Virus record (IMG/VR): IMGVR_UViG_3300032217_000845 | Span: 32,001-96,000 of that record | Direction: 5' to 3' (one strand) | Length of the DNA stretch: 64,000 nucleotides | Source: a virus | Program-made: the position numbers and the translations under genes | The notes under the pieces: generated by a model | The model's input: the letters and a program-made list of their open reading frames with translations, nothing else | Databases searched by the model: none | What the model was told of the DNA's origin: nothing | In this document: positions 38,690-46,499 of the stretch, in pieces | How the letters are laid out: each line of letters starts with the position of its first letter | Numbering within the stretch: the stretch's first letter is position 1

Positions 38690-38938
38690 ATGTCTAAGAA
38701 AGTAATCGTTCTAACCTCTACCTCTCAAGGAGAGCGTGGTCAGGCAGGACACAAGAAAGTCTATGAGATTATCGTAGATGGCAACAAGGTAGAACTTCGC
38801 TGGGGCAAGGCAGAGGAAACCAAACGACAGACACAAACCAAGTGGTTCTCTTACGAGAACGCCGCTTACAACTTCGCACTAGAAAAGAAATGGGCGAAAG
38901 TTGATAAGGGGTATGTAGTCGCTTACCAAGCGATTTAG
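38690..38938 (+). CDS. WGR domain protein
   Basis: HKKVYEI.VDG..V.LRWGK...Q...K..KGY. Confidence 0.75.
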   Translation: MSKKVIVLTSTSQGERGQAGHKKVYEIIVDGNKVELRWGKAEETKRQTQTKWFSYENAAYNFALEKKWAKVDKGYVVAYQAI

Positions 38939-39187
38939 CCACGAAAGACTTGTCGGGGTATTGCCCCCCTTTCCCCCGACAAATGAGAAGCCCCCGACTA
39001 GTTCGGGGGTTTCGCTTTTTTGCTGTGGGTGTTTGGCTGTGGTGTTGTTGTATTCGTTTTTTCCATAGCGTTCATACACACGGCGAGTGGGGGGGGGGTG
39101 TGTTGTTGGCGTTTCGTGTTGCTTTTGTCGGTTGTGTGTGGTATGATAGTTATAGACAATCAAGGTGGTTGTCTGAAAGGGAAACAA

Positions 39188-39346
39188 ATGAAAATCTATT
39201 CACTAATCATCCACGATGAAGTTGCTAATGTTCATCCTGTTTATGAAGTTCATTCTTGGGAGAAGGCAGAAGAAATCATCAAGAAAACAATCGAACTAGC
39301 AGAAGGCAAGCCTTTTACTTGGGAAGTTGTCGGAAACTCAAACTAA
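39188..39346 (+). CDS. small hypothetical protein (52 aa)
   Basis: Consensus RBS before ATG 39188; resembles 43502. Confidence 0.6.
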   Translation: MKIYSLIIHDEVANVHPVYEVHSWEKAEEIIKKTIELAEGKPFTWEVVGNSN

Positions 39347-39550
39347 GTTAGTCAAAGTAGTCCCCCTGCGTATGTGGGGGGATTATTTTTTTGTCTGTGG
39401 GTGTGCGTGGTTGTTTGGAAGTGTATTCGTTTTTTCCGTAGGTATAGCAACACGGCGAAGGGGGGGGGCGACTTGACTTTGTCGTATCTATGTGTTATGA
39501 TGTAAATACAAGGGAAACGAAATAGAAGTAGTTTCGTAAAGGGGTTCTAA

Positions 39551-39883
39551 ATGAGTTGTAAAGATTGGTCTATCGCAGTAGTAGCCGAAAAGCCTATGTG
39601 CGACATCTGCCCTAAGTTTGGGTTTATCACTAAGGTTGCCGAGTATGACGCTAGAACGCAGTTCGGGGGAAACCCGTGGGCGTTTATGTGCGAGAGTTGC
39701 TACGGCTACTTTGGGTTTGACCGACTAGGTCTAGGCTATGGTCAGCGACTAATAACAGAGAGCGAACACACTCACGAGTGGATAGAAGTAAATCTCGCCG
39801 AGTATGAAACTTACGAGTTTAGCCAGAGCGAGCCAGATACTACGCTATGTTCGCAATGTGGGCTACATAAGCCAGCAGAATAA
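39551..39883 (+). CDS. zinc-finger phage protein
   Basis: CDIC...YDART..G.PWAFMCESC...LGLGYGQ. Confidence 0.7.
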   Translation: MSCKDWSIAVVAEKPMCDICPKFGFITKVAEYDARTQFGGNPWAFMCESCYGYFGFDRLGLGYGQRLITESEHTHEWIEVNLAEYETYEFSQSEPDTTLCSQCGLHKPAE

Positions 39884-40072
39884 GGTCTAGGGGTTAGGTC
39901 AAGTGCCTAGCCCCTAATCTTATGTTCGGGGTCTGTGGAAAAAACGAATACACCTCGCTTGGCACGGCTACTAGCTTTTGCTGTGGTGTGCTGTCTTACT
40001 TGACTTTCTTATGTTTCTATGTTAGGCTCTCGGTAGAGCCTGAAAATCTCGGGTTCTAGAAAGTGGGTTCCA

Positions 40073-40531
40073 ATGTCCAAGCCAGCCAGCGATAAGCAGG
40101 TAGCGTTTCTTACCACGCTCGCAAGCGAGCGTATCTACGAGGGTGCGACCGAGTTCGCTACCCTTACCTCTGCCGAGGCTTCCGACCTAATCGGTCAGTT
40201 GCTAAACGCACCACGCAAGTCCAGCACCTCTACTTCATACGAGCGTATTACGGAAGAGGGCGTGTATCAAAACGCCGAGGGCGACATCTTCCGTGTCCAG
40301 CGTTCCCGTGAGAGTGGCAACCTCTACGCCAAGCGTCTAGACATCTTTGAGGGTGGCTTTGTCTATGAGGCAGGGCTACTTCGCAAAATCACACCTAGCG
40401 ACCGACTAGGCGTTGAGCAAGCCAAGGCTCTTGGAGTTCAGTATGGCTTCTGTGTAGTCTGTGGTATCTTGCTTACCGACCCTAAGAGCGTTGAGCAGGG
40501 TATCGGTCCTGTGTGTATCAAGCGTGTCTAA
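40073..40531 (+). CDS. DUF6011-like zinc-ribbon protein
   Basis: ASDKQVAFL N-terminus; CVVCGILLTDPKSVEQGIGPVC. Confidence 0.75.
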   Translation: MSKPASDKQVAFLTTLASERIYEGATEFATLTSAEASDLIGQLLNAPRKSSTSTSYERITEEGVYQNAEGDIFRVQRSRESGNLYAKRLDIFEGGFVYEAGLLRKITPSDRLGVEQAKALGVQYGFCVVCGILLTDPKSVEQGIGPVCIKRV

Positions 40532-40770
40532 CGCCTAGCGTTAGTCAAGACCCCCTTGCCAAACGGCAGGGGGGTTTTCCTTTGTCTAATGCGAAGTTGT
40601 GGCACGGGGGGAGATGTATTCGTTTTTTCTGTGGTGCTGGTTTTGGGCTGTGGTCGTTATCAAGTTGTTATGTATTTATTATGCGTTTATGTAGAAAATG
40701 TCTGTGGAGTAGGCTATAATGGTATTAGTTGGAAGTTAGCGAATGTCTAACTCAACTGAAAGGGACGCAA

Positions 40771-40986
40771 ATGGCTAAGCCAAGTGTGAAGTTAGTTCAG
40801 GAATGGGAAGTTGCTTACGAGAGTGGGCTAGTGAAAGTGTCTTACGGCACGGCTGTCTTTGAGCAGGACTATTGGAAAGTGGAAAACAGGATTATCAACA
40901 AGGTTCAGTATTTCTACGGAGAAACTGCGTGGTCGGACGCTAGGCGTAGAGCAAGCGACATTGACTTTGGTGCGTGGAGTTTCTAA
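40771..40986 (+). CDS. hypothetical protein
   Basis: RBS; FYGETAWSDA.R motif. Confidence 0.65.
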   Translation: MAKPSVKLVQEWEVAYESGLVKVSYGTAVFEQDYWKVENRIINKVQYFYGETAWSDARRRASDIDFGAWSF

Positions 40987-41263
40987 CTAAATAATCAAAC
41001 AAACAAACTAGGCAGGGTTCTCCTCTCTGCCTAGTTTTGTTTTTGCCTGTGGTAATGCGAAGTTGCGTGCGTGCGTATGTGTAAGTGCGTGCCTGTGGTT
41101 GCGTTCGTGTATTCGTTTTTTCCTAACTACTACGGAACGAAACACGGGTGCTAGTTCGTTATCTGTTTGTTATAGAAAGTTAGTGTATGAACTTGACTTT
41201 ATCTTAGTTAGGGTATAGACTACATTTGTAGTCGCAAGGGCTACCAGATGAAAGAGGGAACAA

Positions 41264-41587
41264 ATGGCAACTATCAAGATTACTTGGGTATCAAAGGGAT
41301 ACTTGGGCGAGTTCAGGGACGCAACTATCCTTGACCTAATCAACAAGGGCTACGATGTTCGTGGCAACGCAACAGCAGAGTTGGACTTTGACTTTCCAGA
41401 GGGCGACACTCTAATCTGTAATGCTATCTACGCAAACACTAACTCCTACACAGGAAAGTTTTGGGACGCATTACAGGCAGTTATTCCAGCAGACAGACCA
41501 CACACGGCTCTAAGTATGGGCGACAAGGTTTCTATTGACGGACGAGAGTATGTTTGCTCGGAGTTCGGTTGGAAACTTGTAGCCTAG
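41264..41587 (+). CDS. hypothetical protein (YodL-like C-terminus)
   Basis: RPHTALSMGDKVSIDG..YVC..FGW. Confidence 0.65.
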   Translation: MATIKITWVSKGYLGEFRDATILDLINKGYDVRGNATAELDFDFPEGDTLICNAIYANTNSYTGKFWDALQAVIPADRPHTALSMGDKVSIDGREYVCSEFGWKLVA

Positions 41588-41788
41588 CCAAACAGCCAAA
41601 CAGCCAAACAGCCAGCCGAAAGGTTGGTTGTTTGGTTTTTGCGTTAGTGCGAAGTTGTGGCTGCCAGGAAAAAACGAATACAGACCCTAGCCCGACACGC
41701 CCGACACGACAAGCAACTTGACTTTATTGCTGTGGTATGTTAGACTACAAATGTAGTCAGAAAGATTACGGAACTGAAAGGGAAACAA

Positions 41789-42007
41789 ATGAACCTACTA
41801 CAAGCAGAAATCCTAGTTATCGGACTTGAGTTTGAGATTGCTATGGACGGAAAGATGTCTGTTAGTGCCGAACCAGCGATGAAGTCTTTGGGTCGCCTGA
41901 TGAACATTGACGCTTATGCTCACTTTGGTAAAGGCGTAAAGGGTCGCCAAAAGGCTCTTGAGTGGCTCAAGGAAGCGATTGCGGAAGCAGAGAAGCAAGA
42001 AGCCTAA
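41789..42007 (+). CDS. hypothetical protein
   Basis: Consensus promoter and RBS. Confidence 0.65.
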   Translation: MNLLQAEILVIGLEFEIAMDGKMSVSAEPAMKSLGRLMNIDAYAHFGKGVKGRQKALEWLKEAIAEAEKQEA

Positions 42008-42073
42008 TACGAAGTTAGAAGCCCCCTACGGAAGCGTGGGGGGTTTTCTCGTGCCTGTGGAGTTATGAACACC

Positions 42074-42094
42074 TGTGGATAACCCTGTGGATAA
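42074..42094 (-). promoter_or_regulatory. two perfect DnaA boxes (TTATCCACA)
   Basis: TGTGGATAA-CCC-TGTGGATAA. Confidence 0.65.
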
Positions 42095-42187
42095 CTTTGG
42101 TGGGGTTTGTATTCGTTTTTTCCTAATCACGCTTGCGAGTTGCCTCTACAATAGGAACACGCTTACATTTAGAAAGAGAGGCTAACT

Positions 42188-42418
42188 ATGGTTTGGATAC
42201 AAACAAACTTTACCGCCGAAGCAATGAACACGGGCAAGCCAGCGACAGAAACCCCTGTTGTAGCGAAGCCTGAACCTGTCGTCAAGAAGAAGGCTAAGGC
42301 TGAACCTGTGGCAGAAGTAGTAGCAGAAGTAGAAACACCTGCGGTTGAGGTTGAGGAAGTAGTCCTCGCTGAACCAGAGGTCGCCGAGCCAGAGGTCGCT
42401 GAACCCGAAGCAGAGTAA
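42188..42418 (+). CDS. low-complexity Glu/Pro/Val/Ala protein
   Basis: AEPEV repeats; GAGG RBS. Confidence 0.6.
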   Translation: MVWIQTNFTAEAMNTGKPATETPVVAKPEPVVKKKAKAEPVAEVVAEVETPAVEVEEVVLAEPEVAEPEVAEPEAE

Positions 42419-42514
42419 TCACGGCTTATAGTAAAGTCCCCCTTGACTAGAAATAGTTAGGGGGATTTTCTATTTGGTGTTGCTTTTGTCTGTGGTATGT
42501 GATAGACTATAAAT

Positions 42515-42785
42515 AACAAGGAAGCGACGGCTAACTTGGAGTATGGCTGAACAACCTCAATCGTCAGATGGGGGGGTAAGGCAATGTCGGATACTAGCGT
42601 ATCGTCTTAGCGGACAAACGGCAGGTGTGCTGAAAAGCGGGCTTAGAACCGAACTGACTTGGCATTGGTGGTAAAACGCAATCCACCTACTCAACTACAA
42701 ACATAAACGGGCTGGTGTGGCGTTTATGTGGCTAACATTAGTGGCTACCAGACAGAACCCTTAGCGGAAACGCTAGGGGTATTTC
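42515..42785 (+). ncRNA. candidate ncRNA unit (alternatively a 43 aa peptide)
   Basis: Own promoter (42480-42509) and terminator (42756-42785); no long ORF; several stems. Confidence 0.4.
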
Positions 42786-42929
42786 TGTTTTTGCGATGTC
42801 TGCGGTTGCGGTATGTATTCGTTTTTTCCTAGCCCCTCACGAGAGGCGACACACGCACGGCAGGTGGAGTTGCTTTGTTTAGGTGTTAGTGGTATGATTA
42901 CTTTGTAATCAAGCAACGAAAGGGAAAAA

Positions 42930-43298
42930 TTGGAAAACAGAATTACTGAAAAGCAATTAGGGCTTCTAAGAAAACTAGCCAAAGAAAAATACGCACCAAG
43001 TTTGGTTGCGGAGTTGGAGAAGTTTCTAGCAACTGATTTGAGCAAGCAAGGGGCTAGCAACCTTATTGAGAAGTTCCTAGAAGCACCGAAGAAAAGCGAA
43101 AGTCCAGAATACAAAGCCGAACTTGCCGAGAGAGCCAAGCAAGCGAGAGAACGAGCAGAACTAGCCGAGCAAGCCAAGCAAGCAGAAACCGAGAACTGCC
43201 GAGAGTGTAAGCAGGGACACCCTGTCGCACATTTCAATTGTAGTTTCCCGAACAGGATTGGACACACTAGGCACTGCACCGCTGACTTGTGTTTCTAG
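42930..43298 (+). CDS. hypothetical protein
   Basis: ITEKQL..L...LSKQGASNLIE N-terminal module, similar to the N-terminus of 40073. Confidence 0.65.
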   Translation: MENRITEKQLGLLRKLAKEKYAPSLVAELEKFLATDLSKQGASNLIEKFLEAPKKSESPEYKAELAERAKQARERAELAEQAKQAETENCRECKQGHPVAHFNCSFPNRIGHTRHCTADLCF

Positions 43299-43501
43299 TT
43301 AGCAACTAGGGAAGTCCCTTAGCCAGAAATGGTTAGGGGGCTTTCTTGCTTTTGGGCTGTGGCTGTGGGTTAGGTGTATTCGTTTTTTCCTAGCCTCAAC
43401 TGCGACACGACACGCATACGATAATGACTTGACTTTCTGTTATCTGTGTGTTAGAATACTTATGTATTCAAAGGGAATACAAAAACGAAAGGGAAACACA
43501 A

Positions 43502-43708
43502 ATGTCAGTAAAAACTCTAGTAGTAGAAATCCACTACCAAGACGGCAGACCAACTCTAAAGCCAATCTACGAGTGCCACAGCGTAGAAAAGTTTGAGGAG
43601 TTTGTGGCTTGGCACAAGGAAAACCTACCAATGAGAACCACCACAACTCTCAAAGCCTACGACTACAACTCAACCACCCCTGAACTAACAGAGATGATTA
43701 TCAAGTAA
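43502..43708 (+). CDS. hypothetical protein
   Basis: Consensus RBS before ATG 43502. Confidence 0.6.
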   Translation: MSVKTLVVEIHYQDGRPTLKPIYECHSVEKFEEFVAWHKENLPMRTTTTLKAYDYNSTTPELTEMIIK

Positions 43709-43894
43709 GTTAGGCAACCGAGAACCCCCTACGAAAGTGGGGGGTTTTCTTTTGTCTGCGGGTGCGTGTGTTAGTGCGAAGTTGTAGAGTGTGAAATCGG
43801 TAGCGTAAGAAAAAACGAATACACTACGGACACGACAACACGGGGGCGAGTGTGGCTACTTGACTTTTGCTGTGGTAAGTGGTAGAATAGTATT

Positions 43895-44326
43895 ATGGCA
43901 AAACTTCTAGTGCTACAAGGCTTAGTGGCTTCGGGCAAATCAACTTACGCTAAGGGACTTCTATCTATTCACCCTGCGGGCTACGCTATGCGTATCAACA
44001 ATGACGACTTATCTACGGCTATGTTTGGCTCTGCGTTTGGCGGTGGTGCTAACACGGCTCAACTGCTAGGCAAACTTCGGGCGGACTTAGTTCGTCTAGC
44101 GTTTCGCAATGGTTTTGAGTTAGTCATTATGGACAACACAAACCTAAACCCGAAAGCCGTCAAGTCATTAGAAAGATTGGCGGAGAGTTGCGGTGTTGAG
44201 TTTGAGTTGGACAACTCGTTTCTAAGTGTGCCTATTGCGGAGTGCTTGCGTAGAAATGCTCTGCGTGAAAACCCTGTTCCCGAAAAGGTGGTTTTAGAAA
44301 TGGCTCGCCTTATTGGAGATGATTGA
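43895..44326 (+). CDS. P-loop kinase (AAA_33/polynucleotide kinase-like)
   Basis: GLVASGKST, INND, IMDNTNL, ECLRRNALR..PVPEKVV. Confidence 0.85.
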   Translation: MAKLLVLQGLVASGKSTYAKGLLSIHPAGYAMRINNDDLSTAMFGSAFGGGANTAQLLGKLRADLVRLAFRNGFELVIMDNTNLNPKAVKSLERLAESCGVEFELDNSFLSVPIAECLRRNALRENPVPEKVVLEMARLIGDD

Positions 44327-44390
44327 CTTTTGCGTTTCTATGTGGTAGAATACTTTTGTAGTCAAAGGGATTGACTACTGAAAGGGAAAG

Positions 44391-44591
44391 ATGAACAAGT
44401 TCGTTATCACAAAGTCAATAGCAGTAGTCAAGGCAGTTGCTCGTGGTGTTGCGGTAGCAACCGAAAGCAAGGCGACCACAAACCGAAAGGCGAAAGTTGC
44501 TAACGAGGTAGCCAAGTGCGTTGCCGACTTAGGACTAAACCCTGTTGCGAGTGTGAAGCGTGTTGTGCGTATGGTGGAAACCCTGCGGTAA
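44391..44591 (+). CDS. small basic protein
   Basis: Promoter and RBS. Confidence 0.6.
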   Translation: MNKFVITKSIAVVKAVARGVAVATESKATTNRKAKVANEVAKCVADLGLNPVASVKRVVRMVETLR

Positions 44592-44809
44592 GACTTACAA
44601 AGCAAACCCGTCTAGCGAAAGTTAGGCGGGTTTTCTTTTGCTTGCGGTGTTTGCTTCGTGCGTTGTTGTATTCGTTTTTTCCTAAGTGCTTGCCTAGTGC
44701 GACACGCTAGAAAGAAAGTTTGTAAATGAACTTGACTTTTCTGCGGTAGCCTGATAGACTACAAAGGTAGTCAAGGCAAAGGGCTAAGACACAGATGAAA
44801 GGGAAACAA

Positions 44810-45139
44810 ATGACCACAGCAACACAGACCACCGCAAAGGTAATCTCTAAGGTTGAGTTGAGTGCTAAGGGCGTAAAGGCTCTACAAGCGTTCAACAAAG
44901 CAAAGGAAGCGGAAGCAAAGGTAAAGGCAACTAAGTCAAAGGCGGAAGCAATTTTGCGGACAGAGTTGGGCGAAACCCCGAACACACAAGCAACTATTCA
45001 GGGCGTAGTTGTTGCCAGCGTAGTTGGAAGCAAGAATACTTCGTTTGACCGAGATGCTCTAAAAGAGTTTCTAGGTGAAGAGAAATACAACGAGTTCCTG
45101 CGGACAACCGAATACACTTACATCAAAACCGCTAACTAA
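44810..45139 (+). CDS. hypothetical protein, paralog of 24429 and 32735
   Basis: Coiled coil plus FDRDALKE...Y..F tail. Confidence 0.7.
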   Translation: MTTATQTTAKVISKVELSAKGVKALQAFNKAKEAEAKVKATKSKAEAILRTELGETPNTQATIQGVVVASVVGSKNTSFDRDALKEFLGEEKYNEFLRTTEYTYIKTAN

Positions 45140-45328
45140 GTTAGCAAGCGAGCAACCGCTAACCGAAAGGTTGGCGGTTGTTTGCGTTTTTGTTTTGCGG
45201 TGTTGCGTTTCGTGCGTGTGTTCGTGTGTCTGCGGTAAGCGTGGAAAAAACGAATACACTTTCGCCAGCCAGCCACGCCACGAAAGCGAGTGTTTGCTTT
45301 TGTCTGCGGTTAGTGTTAGAGTGTAAGT

Positions 45329-45466
45329 ATGGACATTAGATTTTATGCGTGGAAAGCAGTCGCTAAGGTTGCTAGGTATTTCAGCAGAGTTGGGTATAAC
45401 CTATTTAGGCGAGCCGAACACTTCTCTTATCTTTCAGGTAAGAAAGCAAGCAAGTATAAGGCTTGA
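45329..45466 (+). CDS. small basic amphipathic peptide (45 aa)
   Basis: Leaderless ATG after TTGCTT..TAGAGT. Confidence 0.45.
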   Translation: MDIRFYAWKAVAKVARYFSRVGYNLFRRAEHFSYLSGKKASKYKA

Positions 45467-45524
45467 CTTTACTGCGGTAAAGTGATAGAATAGTATTACC
45501 AGACAACACTAAGAAAGGGTGAAA

Positions 45525-45767
45525 ATGTCTAGCAACTATCCAGACGGCTCTATGATGGGTTCAGGTATTTACGCAAGCGAGGTTTCGTATGAAGAGTTTG
45601 AGTGCGAAAATGAAGAGTGCGGTAAGACCAATGAAGCAGGTGAAACTTCTACTGACGATTGGGGAAACTACTCTATCGAGTGTGAGTTCTGCGGTGCTAA
45701 CTATTTAGAGAGTTCTCTAAGTGATGACCGAGATGACTACTTAGCAGACTACGACCCGAATAACTAA
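45525..45767 (+). CDS. acidic zinc-ribbon protein
   Basis: SNYPDG start; CENEEC...CEFC. Confidence 0.65.
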   Translation: MSSNYPDGSMMGSGIYASEVSYEEFECENEECGKTNEAGETSTDDWGNYSIECEFCGANYLESSLSDDRDDYLADYDPNN

Positions 45768-46242
45768 ATAGACTTATGCGGTAAGGCGGGGAAAGCCGAA
45801 CGCAACTTTACATAACTAAATAAACTTCTGCCTAACTTGTTTCCCCCTTTCCGTTAGGCAGAGAAAGAGAAACGGGACTGCCCCCTAACTAACCCGTTTC
45901 TCCTAAACCGCTAGGCGTTTATTCGTCTAGCGGTTTTGTCTTTGTCTGCGGTGTTTGTTTTTGTGTGTTTGTTGTATTCGTTTTTTCTTGTGCTTGTGAA
46001 ACCGCTTCCACTACGCAACTTTGTATTAGTAGGTTGCTTCGCTTCCTTCGCCTTCGCTTCGTGTTGTTGCTTCGCTTCGCTTTCGTTCGCTTCGCTTCTG
46101 CGGTGCTTCGCTTAGTGAGTTGTTTCGTTATCATTTTGTTATAAAGTCGTTATCGTCTTTGTAATCTTATTACTTGACTTTTATTCTGCGGTAGAGTAGA
46201 ATAAGAGTATGTAGAAAATCTACATAGAAAGAAAAGGGAAAG

Positions 46243-46461
46243 ATGAACAACAAGGCAAGAGATACCCGAGCAAGTTGGGGACTAGTTTCATTTATGTTGG
46301 CATTGTTTATTGGTGCTGACGCTTTGGGAAACATAGACACTACGGACTATTACCACGACAGAGCATTAGGTTTCTTTGTTCTGTTCTTAGGTATTACTTT
46401 CGTGCTTTACACTTGGAACGCTATTCAGTATGCGGTATTCCTAAAACGCAATAGACGCTAA
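46243..46461 (+). CDS. two-TM membrane protein
   Basis: Promoter and RBS; hydrophobic. Confidence 0.6.
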   Translation: MNNKARDTRASWGLVSFMLALFIGADALGNIDTTDYYHDRALGFFVLFLGITFVLYTWNAIQYAVFLKRNRR

Positions 46462-46499
46462 CAACTTCACAACTTAGCAACCGCCTAGCCGAGAAAGGT

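Larger units (their letters stand above)
17980..46210 (+). promoter_or_regulatory. array of about 40 sigma70/SigA-type promoters, one per gene unit
   Basis: TTGACT/TTGCTT-N17-18-TAnnnT ahead of nearly every unit, e.g. TTGCTT..TATAAT 31187-31216 and TTGACT..TAGAAT 37795-37823 and 43860-43888; followed by GAAAGGGA(A) RBS or a leaderless ATG. Confidence 0.85.

Noticed and set aside
39089-39468. Poly-G tracts as phase-variation switches
   Set aside because: They lie upstream of the -35 box, not in a spacer or ORF, and there is no evidence of length variation from a single sequence
41586-41640. AGCCAAAC tandem repeat
   Set aside because: Short slippage expansion of the left arm of a terminator hairpin
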